Source: Mobula hypostoma (lineage: Eukaryota). Taken from it: a stretch of DNA of 64,000 bases. Position numbers and translations under genes: made by a program. Below, one piece after another: positions 25,961-39,490 of this stretch. The stretch lies in NCBI RefSeq assembly GCF_963921235.1, contig NC_086101.1, forward strand, positions 5,830,001-5,894,000, written 5' to 3'. How positions within the stretch are numbered: position 1 is the first letter of the stretch; each line of letters starts with the position of its first letter. Below the pieces are notes generated by a model. It was not told the origin of the DNA. It was given only the letters and a program-made list of their open reading frames with translations, and did not search any database.

Positions 25961-26892
25961 CTGGTTGCCCTGCAGCTCCCTTAAAAAACTTTCCCCTCTC
26001 ACCTTCCCTCTCTGCCCTCTGGTTTTGGACTCCCTCTTTCTGGGGAAAAAGACCATGACCCTGATTTTATATTCCTCGGTAAGGGGTCATCCCTCAACAT
26101 CCATCACTCCAGGGAAATGTCCCCAGTTTATCCAGTCTCTCCTTTTAACCGCAGCCCTCCAGCCATTGTTACAGCCTCCTGAAGCTTCCTGACCAGTGTA
26201 ATGACATCCTTCCCGTATCTACCACCCTGTCCTGGTCAATCCTCTCTGTCACCTCTTCAACAAACTGGAATTTGTGAGGCGTGATTTTCCATGCACAACG
26301 CCGTGCTGACTGTCCCTTGTCTTTCCAAATGCAGCAGGCAGGATGCAGGGAGGATGTTTCCCCTGTCTGAGGAGTCGAGGGTCAGGGGTCTCTGTCTCAG
26401 GATGGGATGGACCCTCAGAGGATGGTGTGTCTGGAATTCTCTGCACCGGAGGCTGTGGGGACTCAATCATTCAGTTCATTTGAAGTCACAGGGTTATTGT
26501 TGTACAGTATTGAAATGGGCCCTTTGGCCCATCACCTCTGTTCTGACCTATTTAGGTCAGTCTCCTTCTGTGCCTTGTTTATTGAAGTGTCTGTCTGAGT
26601 GTCTCGTAAACACAGTGATTGTATCTGATTCCATCACCTCCTCTGGCAGCAAGTTCCAACATCAACCACTCACTGTTCAAATACTCACCTTTAAACTCCT
26701 TCCTCCCACCTCAGAGCATGTGATCTGCCATCTGCTCAATCTGCACCCTTCATTACATTATATATTTGTGTCAGATCACCCCTCGGCCCATCTACCTGCA
26801 TTTAGCTCGTACCCTTCTAAACCTTCCCTGTCATCATTTCTCTGTCGCAGGCCTCAACTCCTCTTCTGTGCCTGTTCCACAGGGCCCTCAAT

Positions 26893-27077
26893 TCATTGTA
26901 ACTTGTCCCATGGTCAGGCTCGGATTAAATCAGGGGTTTCTGGGTGGTGGGGGTCATTGTAACTTGTCCCATGGTCAGGCTCGGATTAAATCAGGGGTTT
27001 CTGGGTGGTGGGGTCATTGTAACTTGTCCCATGGTCAGGCTCGGATTAAATCAGGGGTTTCTGGGTGCTGGGGGTCA
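26893..27077. repeat. ~60-bp tandem repeat x3
   Basis: TCATTGTAACTTGTCCCATGGTCAGGCTCGGATTAAATCAGGGGTTTCTGGGTGGTGGGG starts at 26893, 26954 and 27014. Confidence 0.95.
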
Positions 27078-27554
27078 AAGGACCGGAAGGGCCTATTCCG
27101 TGCTGTATCTCAATAAATAAATTACAGCTGATGAAAGTGCAGTAGACATCGTCTCCATGGAGTTTAGCGAGGGATTTGACAAGGTAGCAGAGAGTTAGAT
27201 CACATGGGATACAGTACGATCTGGAATAGGATACAGAATTGTCTGGGTGGAGTCCTGTGACCAGCGGTTGTGCTGCAGGGATCGGTGCTGGGTCCACTGT
27301 TTTTCATCATTCATATGAATGATTCGGAGAGAATGTAGGTGACATGTTTAGTAGATTTGTGAAGGACTCTAAAATTGGTGGTTTCACGGACAGTGAAGAG
27401 GTTATTTATTTATTTAGATACAGTGTGAAACAGGCCGTCCCAGACCAATGACCTGCTCCACCCAGCAACCCAACTATTTAAAAACTAGCCTAATCATGAG
27501 GCAATGGACAATGACCATTTAACCTACAAACCATTATGTCTTTGTACAAGCGTC

Positions 27555-28425
27555 ACAGAGTGATAGAAGCTAACAGCACAGGCCCTTCAGCCCACCTGGT
27601 CTGTACTGAAACATTTAAACTACCTGCTCCCATCGACCTGCACCGGGACTATCATCCTCCAACTCCTACCATCCATGAACCTGTCCAAACTTCTCTCAAA
27701 TGTTTAAATCGAGCTTGCATGTACCACTTGCACTGGCAGCTCGTTCCACATTCTCACAACCCTCTGAATAAAGAAGTTTCCCCTCATGTTTCCCTTAAAC
27801 TTTTTATCTTTCACCTTTAACCCATGACCTCTAGTTGTATTCCCACCCAACCTCCGTGGAAAAAGCCTGTTTGCATTTACCCTATCTATACCCTCATAAT
27901 TTTGTCCACCTCTATCAAATCTCCCCTCAGTCTTCTATGTTACAGGAATAAAGTCCTAAACTATTCAATCTTTCCTTATGACTCAGCTCCTCGAGTCCCA
28001 GCTACATCCCTGTAAATTTTCTCTGTACTCTTTCAAATTTGTTTACATCTTTCCTGTAGGTAGATGACTGAAAGTGCACACAATATTCCAAATTAGGCCT
28101 CACCAGCATCTCATACAACTTCAACATAACATCCCATTTCCGGTACTCAATACTTTGATTTATGAAGGCCAAAGAAAAGCTTTTTTTAATGATCCTATCT
28201 ACATTCGATGAATTATGGACCTGTGTTCCCAGATCTGCTGCAGAACAGAGTCCTCAGTGCCCGGCCATTCACTGTGTAAGACCTACACTGGGGTCCTACC
28301 AAAGTGCAACAGCTCACACTTGTCTGCATTAAATTCCAACTGACACTTTTCAGCCCATTTTTCCAGCTGCTCCAGATCCCACTGCAAGTAATGATGGTCT
28401 TCCTCGCTGTCCACTCCTCCCCAAT
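27555..28425 (-). mobile_element. Degenerate CR1 3' fragment
   Basis: LQWDLEQLEKWAEKCQLEFNADKC peptide and CR1 tail. Confidence 0.8.
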
Positions 28426-28882
28426 CTGAGGGATGAATCAGGATCACCTGGAGGAAATGCACGAGGTCTCGGGGAGGCTGTACAAGCTCTTTACAGATGG
28501 TGTCAGAATTGAACTCTGAACTCTGGAACGCCCCGAGGTGGAATAGTATTGTGTTATTCACTACATAACCCGTTGCTCATGGTTTATCCAAGATTACCAC
28601 GAGACCTTGATTGATTGGGTCTCTGGGCCATTGGATGGAAATTGAATTAAATTCAGAGAGATATGGGTGTTGCATTTTGGAAGGTAAACCAGGACAGAAT
28701 TTACACAGCAATTGGTGGGGCCCTGGAGAACAGAGACAGCGAGAGGTCAGAATACTGAGTACAGGAGCTGGGACGTCACGTTATGAGTGTACAAGACATT
28801 GGGATGGCCACATTTGGAGCAGAGTAACACACACAAACTGCTGGATGAACTCAGCAGGTCAGGCAGCATCTGTGGAAATGAA

Positions 28883-31800
28883 TAAGACCATAAGACAATG
28901 GAGCAGAAGTCGGCCTTTCGGCCCGTCGAGTCTGCTCCGCCATTTTATCATGAGCTGATCCATTCTCCCATTTAGTCCCACTCCCCCGCCTTCTCACCAT
29001 AACCTTTGATGCCCTGGCTACTCAGATACCTGTCAATTTCTGCCTTAAATACACCCAATGACTTGGCCACCACTGCTGCCCATGGTAACAAAGTCCATAG
29101 ATTCACCACCCTCTGACTAAAAAAATTTCTTCGCATTTTTGTTCTGAATGGGCACCCCTTCAATCCTGAAGTCATGCCCTCTTGTACTAGACTCCCCCAT
29201 CATGGGAAACAACTTTGCCACATCCACTCTGTCCATGCCTTTCAACATTTGAAATGTTTTTATGAAGTCTCCGGTCATTCTTCTAAGCTCCAAAGAATAC
29301 AGTCCAAGAGCAGACAAACGTTCCTCATATGTTAACCCTCTCATTCCCGGAACCATTCTAGTGAATCTTCTCTGTACCCTCTCCAACGTCAGCACATCCT
29401 TTCTTAAACAAGGAGACCAAAACTGCCCACAGTACTCCAAGTGAGGTCTCACCAGCGCCTTATAGAGCCTCAACATCACATCCCTGCTCCTATACACTAT
29501 TCCTCTGGAAATGAATGCCAACATTGCATTCGCCTTCTTCACTACTGACTCAACCTGGAGGTTAACCTTAAGGGTATCCTGTACGAGGACTCCCAAGTCC
29601 CCTTGCATCTCTGAACTTTGAATTCTTTTCCATTTAAATAATAGTCTGCCCGTTTATTATTTCTGCCAAAGTGCACAACCATACACTTTCCAACATTGTA
29701 TTTCATTTGCCACTTCTCTGCCCATTCTTCCAATCTATCCAAGTCTTTCCGCAGACTCTCCGTTTCCTCAGCCCTACCGGCCCCTCCACCTATCTTCGTA
29801 TCATCAGCAAACTTAGCCACAAAGCCATCTATTCCATAATCTAAATCGTTGACGTACAATGTAAAAAGAAGCAGCCCCAACACTGATCCTGCGGAACACC
29901 ACTGGTAACCGGCAGCCAACCAGAGTAGGCTCCCTTTATTCCCACTCTCTGTTTCCTGCCAATCAGCCAACGCTCTATCCATGTATGTAGCTTTCCCGTA
30001 ATTCCATGGGCTCCTATCTTGTTAAGTAGTCTCATGTGTGGCACCTTGTCAAAGGCCTTCTGAAAATCCAAATATACAACATCCACTGCATCTCCCTTGT
30101 CTAGCCTACTGATAATTTCCTCAAAAAATTGTAATAGGTTTGTCAGGCAGGATTTTCCTTTAAGGAATCCATGCTGAGTTCTGCCTATCTTGTCATATGC
30201 CTCCAAGTACTCTGTAACCTTATCCTTGACAATCGACTCCAACAACTTCCCAACCACCAATGTCAAGCTAACAGGTCTATAATTTTCTTTTTGCTTCCTT
30301 GCCCCCTTCTTAAATAGCGGGGTGACATTTGCAATCTTCCAGTCCTCCGGAACCATGCCAGAATCTATCGACTTTTGAAAGATCATCGCTAATGCCTTCG
30401 CAATCTCCATAGCTACTTCCTTCAGAACACGCGGGTGCATTCCATCTGGTCCGGGAGATTTATCTACCTTTATACTATTCAGCTTCCTGAGTACTTTCTC
30501 TGTCGTAATTGTGACTGCACGCACTTCTCTTCCCTGCCACCCTTGAGTGTCCGGTACACTGCTGATGTCTTCCTCAGTGAAGACTGATGCAAAATACTCG
30601 TTCAGTTCCTCTGCCATCTCCTTATCTCCCATTACAATTTCTCCAGCATCATTTTCTATCGGTCCTATATCTACTCTCTCCTGTCTTTTACTCTTTATAT
30701 ACTTGAAAAAGCTTTTAGTATCCTCTTTGATATTATTTGCTAGCTTCCTTTCATAGTTAATCTTTTCCCTCTTAATGACCTTCTTGGTTTCCTTTTGTAA
30801 GGTTTTAAAAACTTCCCAATCCTCTCTCTTCCCACTAATTTTTGCTTCCTTGTATGCTCTCTCTTTTGCTTTAACTTTGGCTTTGACTTCTCTTGTCAAC
30901 CACGGTTGCATCCTTTATCCATACGAAAATTTCCTCTTTTTTGGAATATATCTGTCTTGCACCTTCCTCACTTCTCGCATAAACTACAGCCACTGCTGCT
31001 CTGCCGTCTTTCCCACCAGTGTCTCTTTCCAGTCAACTTTGGCCAGTTCTTCTCTCATGCCACTGTAATTTCCTTTACTCCACTGAAATACTGACACATC
31101 AGATTTTGGCTTCCCTTTTTCAAATTTCACAGTGAACTCAATCGTGTTATGATCACTGCCTCCTAAGGGTTCCTTCACCTCAATCTCTCCAATCATCTCC
31201 GGTTCATTACACAATACCCAATCCAGTACAGCCAATCCCCTAGTGGGCTCAACAACAAGCTGTTCTAAAAAGCCATCTCGCAGAGATTCTACAAATTCTC
31301 TCTCTTTAGATCCAGTGCCGACCTGATTTTCACAATCCACTCGCTTGTTAAAATCCCCCACAATTATCATAACACTGCACTTCTGACAAGCCTTTTCTAT
31401 TTCCAGTTGTAATTTGTAGTCCACATCCCTGCAGCTGTTTGGAGGCCTATAAATAACTGCCATCAGGGTCCTTTTACCCCTGCGATTTCTTAGCTCAACC
31501 CATAAAGATTCTGCACCTTCCAATCCTATATCACCTCTTTCTAATGATTTAATATAATTTCTTACCAATAAAGCCACGCCTCCCCCACTGCCTACCTTCC
31601 TATCCTTCCGATACACTGTGTATCCTTGGACGTTCAGCTCCCAGAGACATGCATCCTTTAGCCACGTCTCAGTGATGGCCACAATATCATACCTGCCAAT
31701 CTGTAGCTGTACGACAAGATCATCCACCTTATTCCTTATGCTACGTGCATTTAAGTATAACACCTTAAGACCAGTATTTGGTACTTTTCGCTTTGATTTC

Positions 31801-32530
31801 ACTGCAACTCATCCCAATGGCTACAAATTTGCCCCATCACCTGCCTGCCTTTCCTGACATCTTTACTGCTCACTATCTTACATTTATTTCTGTTTTCCCC
31901 TTCCTCCGCTCTGTCATTCCGGTTCCCATCCCCCTGCCAAATTAGTTTAAACCCTCCCTAACAGCTCTATTAAACTTTCCCGCCAGGATATTGGTCCCCT
32001 TCGGGTTCAGGTGTAACCTGTCCTTCTTGAACAGGTCATACCTCCCGCAGAAGAGATCCCAATGATCCAAGAATCTGAAGCCCTGCCCCCTGCACCAGTC
32101 TCTCAGCCACGCATTCATCTGCCTGATCCTACTATTCTTGCCCTCGCTAGCACGTGGCACAGGTAACAATCCTGAGATTACTACCCTGGAGGTCCTGCTT
32201 CTCAGCTTCTTTCCTAACTCCTGGAAATCTCTCTTCAGGACCTCCTCCTTTGTCCTATCTATGTCATTGGTACCAACATGTACCAAGACAACTGGCTGCT
32301 CACCCTCCCCCTTCAGAATATTCTGGACCCGATCCGAGACAATCCGTACCCTGGCACCTGGGAGGCAACACACCATGCGGGTATCTCTATCAGGCTCACA
32401 GAATCTCCTGTCCATTCCCCTGACTATGGAATCCTCTATGACTACTGCATTCCTCTTCTCCCTCCTTCTCTCCTGCACAACAGCGCCAGGCTCAGTGCCA
32501 GAGACCCGGTCACCGTGGGCGTCCCCAGTC
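28883..32530 (-). mobile_element. Near-complete CR1 LINE: ORF1 SGNH esterase, ORF2 endonuclease + RT broken by frameshifts
   Basis: ORFs 31942-32530 (CLPGA, HVGTND, DRLHLN), 30984-31802, 29841-30911, 29542-29982, 29117-29608 and 28972-29175 are colinear pieces. Confidence 0.93.
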
Positions 32531-33364
32531 AGTTGACAAACAGTTAATAAACAGTTGATGTTCAGGGCCAAGTTTTTGTGTGTGTTGCTTTGGATTTCCA
32601 GCATTCGCAGACTTTCTTGTCTTTATGATTTGGATCATAACAAAAACTGTAGAGTTCTGGTTTTCTTTCTGCAGGAAGAATGTCATTTAACTGAGAGGGT
32701 AATAAAACGGATTTACAAGGATGTTACTTTGGGATATAAGGAGAGGCTGCATATTTTGGGACTTTTTCCTGGCGCTCGGGAGGCTGCCAAAGGAAACTGT
32801 AGAGGTGGGAACAGTTACAATGATTTAAAAGGCATCTGGACGGGTACGTGGGTAGGAAAAGTTTAGAGGAATAATGGACAAATACAGGCAAATGGAACTA
32901 GTTCATTAAAGTGAGTTGGTCAGCAGGAATGAATTTTGCCTTACTTCCTCTTTAAATGTCTCTAGTGTTTACTCACCCCATCCTCATCTGGATCCAGTTG
33001 TTGTTCCACCCCTTCCTCATACCCATTTCCACTGCTATCTCCCGTCTTTCTTTCCAATCTTGAGGTAAGGTCTCGGCTGAAGCATCAACTGTACATCTCC
33101 CTTAACACATGCTGCTTGACCCGCTGAGATCCTCCAGAATTTTGTGTGTGTTGATCAGGAAAAATTCGCTCTCCATGTCAAGGAAAAACCTTGGGAAGAT
33201 GTTGGTTGTCCATCCGCTTTGTTTTGTTAAACCCTGGGAAAGGGTCCTATCGGCCACATGACTGTCCCTGAGGCCAAGCGGCCTCTCCCCTGGTTCTGGG
33301 ACCGCGCTGCCCAAGTCTCCCCCTGATCTCCGGGGACTCTGAAATTCTCTGCTTCTCCCCCCAG

Positions 33365-33939
33365 TCTCTGTCACCCTGGATGTGGAAACGGCGAGTCCGC
33401 GGCTCGAGGTGTCTGAGGATCGGAAGAGTGTGAGATGTACCAGGACCCGGAGGGATCTCCCTGACACCGGGAAGAGGTTCACAGACTGGGAATGTGTGCT
33501 GGGATCGGAAAGATTCACATCGGGGAGACATTACTGGGAGGTGGAGGTGACGGGGAATCGGGGCTGGGGTCTGGGAGTCGCCGCAGAGTCTGTGGAGAGG
33601 AAGCGATGGGTCAGACAGAGTCCGGAGACCGGATTCTGGATCATCAGGCGGGATGATGACGAGATGTGGGTTCTCACCTCCCCTGAGTCCCGTCTCCCTG
33701 CCGGTCCCATCCCCGGGAGGGTGGGAGTTTATCTCAGTTACGAGTCCGGGACAGTTTCATTTTACAACGCGGAGACCAAGTCCCATCTCCACACCTTCAC
33801 TGGGAATAAATTCACGGAGAAACTTTATCCTTTCTTCTGGACTTGGGATGTAAACCAGTGGCTAGAATCTGCTCCGGTTCCACTCCGGGTCTGTAAACGG
33901 GTCGGGTCCGGGACCGGCGTCAGGAGTAAGTCAGTGTAA
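33365..33939 (+). CDS. TRIM terminal exon, PRY-SPRY (B30.2) domain
   Basis: Polypyrimidine tract + cccAG|TCTCTGTCACCCTGGAT. Reads VSVTLDVETASPRLEVSEDRKSVR...FTSGRHYWEVEV...GRVGVYLSYESGTVSFY...KLYPFF, typical B30.2 motifs. Confidence 0.95.
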
Positions 33940-34209
33940 ATATAAATGTGCAGAGTGTGAAATAAACACGATGTGAGAATTATCGATCCATTAATTTTAA
34001 TTCGTTCACCGCATCCGTCAACGGAACAGAAACACCGCGGATTCAGCAGCAGCCGCGGGTGGCGGGTCCTGAGCTCCCCGGCTCCCCCGGGTGCTAAAGT
34101 CCACTCGCACCGGGACAGGTGAAGTGGCACAAGTGGTGGTGGTGCTGACTGGGAGAGGGAGGTCACGGTGACTCTTGGGGAGCCTGGACATGTGATGGTA
34201 ACAGGCTGG

Positions 34210-35640
34210 AGAATCTCAGCGTGTCAGGCAGCATCTATAGAGGGAAATGGATAATTGACATTTTGGGTCTTTGCCCTTCAGTTGGGCTGAAAAGAAAAGG
34301 AGAGGTGACCGGTGGGAATGATGAAGAGAGGGGTGGGGTAAGAGCTGGCAGGTGGTGGGTGGATCCATGTGAGTCAGATGAGGGAGGGGTAGAGGGTGGA
34401 CAAGTGTCAGAAGCTGGGAGGTGAGAGGCGGCAGTGACAAAGATGATGGAATCTGTTAGGAGAGGAAAGCAGAGCCCAGAATAAAGGGAAGGAGTTGGGG
34501 GGAGTGTTTGGGGGATGGGCAGATGGGTAGTGTGGGGAGGAGGGGGAAGAGACAGGGTGATGGGGGTTGGTGGATCAGGAGGGCAGAGAGAATTAAAAAG
34601 GAAAAGTGAGAGAGAGGGTGAGGGAGTAAATACGGGAAGATTGGGAATTTGATATTCGTGCCGCTAGGTTGCAGGCTGCCCAGATGAATGAGACAAATAG
34701 AACCGGGATCCCAGCAGGTTCCCACGTGGAATCAGGTAGTTGGTTTCGAACCTATTTTTGTTTGAGGAAATACAGAAAACGTGCATCACATCAGTCCGAA
34801 TCCCTGGAGTTCGTATTCCATGCCAATTCCCTCTCCTGGAATCTCCACCTATCACCTGCCACCTTGTTCATCTTCCTCACATTCCCCCACCTTCTCACTC
34901 TGACTTCTCCCCTCTCTTTCCAATCCTGCTGAAGGGTTTCAGCCTGAAACACTGACTGTAATCCTTTCCATAAATGCCGCATGACCTGCTGACTTCCCCA
35001 CACAAAATGCTGGAGGAACTCAGCAGCCCAGGCAGCATTGATGGAAAAAAGCACAGTCAAGGTTTTGGGCCGAGACCGTTCAGCAGGACTGGAGAAAAAA
35101 CAAAGCTGAGGACTAGATATAAAAGTTTGGGTGGAGGGGAGAGAGAAACACCAGGTGACAGGTGAAACCTGCAGGGAGAGGGATGAAGTAAAGAGCTGGG
35201 AAGAGATTGGTTAAAGAGACAGAAGGCCATGGAAGAAAGAAAAAGGGGGAGGAGGGAGGCGATGGTTGGGCAAGGAGATCAGCTGAGGGAGGGAGAATGG
35301 TGAAGGAGGAAGTGTTGGGGGAGGGGCATTACTGGAAGTTGGAGAAATCGATATTCATGCCATCAGGTTGGAGCCTACCCAAATGGAATATAATGTGTTG
35401 TTTCTCTAACCTAAGTGTGGCCTCATCACGACAGTAGAGGAGGCCATTGGTGCACGTATCGGAATGGGAATGGGAAGTGGAATTAAAATGAGTGGCCACT
35501 GGGTGATACCGCTTGTTCTGGTGGACGGAGTGTAGGTGCTCGGTGAAGTGGTCTCCCAATCTACGTCGGGTCTCACAGATATACAGGAGGCCACACTGGG
35601 AGCACAGAACACAGTAAATGACCCCAACAGAAGTGTCACC
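34210..35640. mobile_element. Cluster of Penelope-like fragments, including tail-to-tail pseudo-LTRs (plus ~34815-34995, minus ~35000-35640)
   Basis: GVIYCVLCSQCGLLYICET GIY-YIG remnant. Hammerhead-like motifs at 34922-34957 (+) and 35055-35090 (-). Confidence 0.85.
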
Positions 35641-35799
35641 CATTTTAATTTCACTTCCCATTCCCATTCCAGTACATCATCTCCCAGTGGCCACCCATTT
35701 GAATTGAGAGAGAGAGAGAGGGATATTAATTATCCAATAACTTCACCTGGTAATAGATTTATAACCTTAATAAACACTGCTAACCTTATTGTTAAGGAA

Positions 35800-36470
35800 C
35801 TGATTTATCAAGTCAAGGCAAGACATTTCGACCATAACTGCTGGTACAGTACACAGTCAAAACGAGACAACATTTTTCAGGACCATGGTGCTACATGAAC
35901 AATACAAAAACAACACTGAACTATGTATAATAACACAAAAGTACACTGGACTACAGACCTACCCAGGACTGCATAAAGTGCACAAAACAATGCAGGCATT
36001 ACAATAAATAATAAACAAGACAATAGGCACAGTAGAGGGCAGTAGGTTGGTGTCAGTCCAGGCTCTGGGTATTGAGGAGTCTGATGACCTGGGGGAAGAA
36101 ACTGTTACATATTCTGGTCGTCAGAGCCCGGATGCTTCGGTGCCTTTTGCCAGATGGCAGGAGGGAGAAGAGTTTGTATGAGGGGTGCGTGGGGTCCTTC
36201 ATAATGCTGTTTGCTTTACGGATGCAGCGTGTGGTGTAAATGTCTGTGATGGTGGGAAGAGAGACCCCGATGATCTTCTCAGCTGACCTCACTATCCACT
36301 GCAGGGACTTGCGATCCGAGATGGTGCAATTTCCGAACCAGGCGGTGATACAGCTGGGATTTCTTTGCTTTGTTGAGGGACCAGGTGAGATTCTTTGCCA
36401 GGTGAAAACAAGAAATTTGGTATGCTTTATGATCTCTACGGAGGAGTCCATGTGGATGACACCACACGGA
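35800..36470 (-). mobile_element. Rex1/Babar-like LINE 3' fragment
   Basis: CITAWFGNC...DPTHPSYKLFSLLPSGKR...SFFPQVIRLLN C-terminal signature. Confidence 0.8.
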
Positions 36471-36544
36471 ATGTAGTGGCTTATGTCACTCATTTTTCAA
36501 GGACATTTAGTGGCAGTAAATGTTGGTCCTGCTGTTGAAGCCCA

Positions 36545-38454
36545 GGGACCTGAAAGCCAGGATCAGGGGAGCTAAAGACAGGTACAGGAGGAAGCTTGAG
36601 TGGAAACTCCAGCAGAACAAAATGAGGGAGGTCTGGAGGGGGATGAGGACCATCAGTGGGTTCCGGCAAACTAGCAACAGAGAAGCTGAAGGCAGTGTGG
36701 ACAGGGCCAACGAACTTAACCTGTTCTGTAACAGATTTGACATTGTGGCCCCTGCCAATTCCCCACATGAGCCATCTGTTGTCGGCCCCCAACCAACACA
36801 TATTCCACTCTCCCCTCCTATCCCTCCTCACAGTCCCCCACCCTGCTCTCATGACTATACCCCTTCCCCACACAAAACCACCACGGTGGGCTTCATGGCT
36901 GAACAGGTGAGAAGACAGCTGAAACGTCTCAACCCAAGCAAGGCTGCAGGACTGGATGGTGTCAGTACCAGGGTGCTCAAAGCCTGTGCCCCTCAGCTAT
37001 GTGGAGTACTTCGCCATGTATTCAACCTGAGCCTGAGTCTCCGGAGGGTTCCTGTGCTGTGGAAGACGTTCTGCCTCGTCCCTGTGCCGAAGACGCCGTG
37101 CCCCAGCGGCCTCAATGACTACAGACCGGTGACATTGACCTCCCACATCATGAAGACCCTGGAGAGACTTGTTCTGGAGCTGCTCTGGCCTATGGTCAGG
37201 CCACACTTGGATCCCCTCCAGTTCATCTACCAGCCCCGACTAGGAGTTGAGGATGCCATCGTCTACCTGCTGAACCGTGTCTATGCCCACCTGGACAAGC
37301 CAGCGAGCACTGTGAGGGTCGTGCTTTTTGACTTCTCCAGTGCGTTCAACACCATTCGCCCTGCTCTGCTGGGGGAGAAGCTGACAGCGATGCAGGTGGA
37401 TGCTTCCCTGGTGTCATGGATTCTTGATTACCTGACTGGCAGACCACAGTATGTGTGCTTGCAACATTGTGTATGTCTGACAGAGTGATCAGCAGCACTG
37501 GGGCTCCACAGGAGACTGTCTTGTCTCCCTTTCTCTTCACCATTTACACCTCGGACGTCAACTACTGCACAGAGTCTTGTCATCTTCAGAAGTTTTCAGA
37601 TGACTCTGCCGTAGTTGGATGCATCAGCAAGGGAGATGAGGCTGAGTACAGGGCTATGGTAGGAAACTTTGTCACATGGTGTGAGCAGAATTATCTGCAG
37701 CTTAATGTGAAAAAGACTAAGGAGCTGGTGGTAGACCTGAGGAGAGCTAAGGTACCGGTGACTCCTGTTTCCATCCAGGGGCTGAGGGTGGACATGGAGG
37801 ATTACAAATACCTGGGGATACGAATTGACAATAAACTGGACTGGTCAAAGAACACTGAGGCTGTCTACAAGAAGGGACAGAGCCGTCTCTATTTCCCGAG
37901 GAGACTGAGGTCCTTTAACATCTTCCAGATGATACTGAGGATGTTCTACGAGTCTGTGGTGGTCAGTGCTATCATGTTTGCTGTTGTGTGCTGGGGCAGC
38001 AGGCTGAGGGTAGCAGACATCGACAGAATCAACAACCTCATTCGTAAGGCCAGTGATGTTGTGGGGACGGAACTGGACTCTCTCACAGTGGTGTCTGAAA
38101 AGAGGATGCTGTCTAATTTGCATGCCATCTTGGACAATGTCTCCCATCCACTACATAATGTACTGGGTGGGCACAGGAGTACATTCAGCCAGAGACTCAT
38201 TCCTCCAAGATGCAACACAGAGCGTCATAGGAAGCCATTCCTGCCTGTGGCCATCAAACTTTAGAACTCCTCCCTTGAAGGGTCAGACACCCTGAGCCAA
38301 TAGGCTGGTCCTCGACTTTTTTCATAATTTACTGGCATAATTTAGATATTACTATTTAACTATTTATGGTTCTATTACTATTTATTATTTATGGTTGAAC
38401 TGTAACGAAAACCAAATTCCCCCGAGATCAATAAAGTATGACTATGACTATGAC
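36545..38454 (+). mobile_element. Rex1/Babar LINE, 5'-truncated, RT with one frameshift
   Basis: NDYRPVTLTS, DFSSAFNTI, TGAPQETVLSP and LQKFSDDS motifs. Frameshift near 37470. AATAAA followed by (TATGAC)n tail. Confidence 0.9.
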
Positions 38455-38457
38455 ATT

Positions 38458-39318
38458 TGTTATGTACCCCGTAACTGGGTTGCCAAACCAGCAGAAATGG
38501 ATCACTCAGTTGGAGTCTGGAGTACTAGAACTAAGAAAGTTTTATTAAAGAAACAAGCAACACAGTAATCGAAAGGATAATAAATGCAACAATTCAACAA
38601 TGATAACCACACATGTGCACAGAATTAAGATAACAGCATCAATCAAGCTCTATCGTTGTCTAGGGGTAAATGACCAATTTCAAAATTACTCAAAGTTCAG
38701 TCCAATTAGTAGTTCAGTTCGCAGTAATCGTTGCCATGGCGATGGACAAGGTGGGGGAAGAGAGACATAGAATAGGAACAACTGATCATTCAGAACGGCT
38801 TCACTCACAGACCAGCGGGATGGCTCACAAGCAACTTTTGGGCGGGTCCTTGGTGATGTCACCTGAGGTCACCGACTGTGACCCCTCCTCCAGATGCGGT
38901 CGATCCTCTGCAGTGAACCCGGCACCCAGGCAAGGGCGGACACACACCGGGTTCCCGCTGATCGTACCTTTCCACCCTTGTCGTTGTCTGGCACTTCTCA
39001 CCCACTCGTGAGAGGCGCACCGCTTCCAGGGTCTCGTTACCTCGGGTGGCGTGTGTGTCTGTCTTAGCGAACCTGTCCCTTTTTATCCCCCTGCTGGGGT
39101 ATCGCCTGTCCATCACTTCAAACAGTTCAGGGTTCAAAGGGGGGAGCCGCTCCAGACAGCTCTCTCTCCCCCACATCCCTTCATTACACATCTCCAGACG
39201 CTGCTCCATTGTTCCTTATCTCTCCTTCCCCTGAGGGCAGGTGGCAGACCAACTGCTGATGCCACTGATGCTAGCCCAGGCCAGCAAACATCTTAATTTT
39301 ATGTGTATTCTCGTAACA
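38458..39318 (-). repeat. 3' LTR (861 bp)
   Basis: Near-identical to 42476-43334. Preceded on the minus strand by PPT AAAGGGGGGAAG (39319-39330). Confidence 0.96.
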
Positions 39319-39490
39319 CTTCCCCCCTTTAAGGATTTTTACCGGGAGGTAAAAATTACAAACATGACTACATTATCTGATACATACACAATATACATCT
39401 TTAACAGTTATTTAGCTAATACAGAGAATTTGAAGCTGTCAACACCTTGACAGACAGTCATCACATTTTCTGTTCCTTTTACACGTGTTA

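Larger units (their letters stand above)
401..33966 (+). pseudogene. 3' part of a class IV TRIM gene (coiled-coil + PRY-SPRY); probable pseudogene; RING/B-box exons would lie upstream of the window
   Basis: Four phase-compatible AG/GT exons with TRIM-typical sizes (234, 23, 119 bp, terminal B30.2 exon). In-frame TGA at 542-544, probable 1-bp deletion near 33863, AATAAA at 33961-33966. Confidence 0.8.

Noticed and set aside
26291..26962. 223-aa ORF as a host gene
   Set aside because: A mosaic of decayed CR1 pieces and the 60-bp tandem, with no coherent domain or splice structure.
38670..39296. ORFs inside the Gypsy LTRs (also 42688-43312)
   Set aside because: They are duplicated only because the LTRs are, show no protein motifs, and some differ between LTRs through the 2-bp indel.
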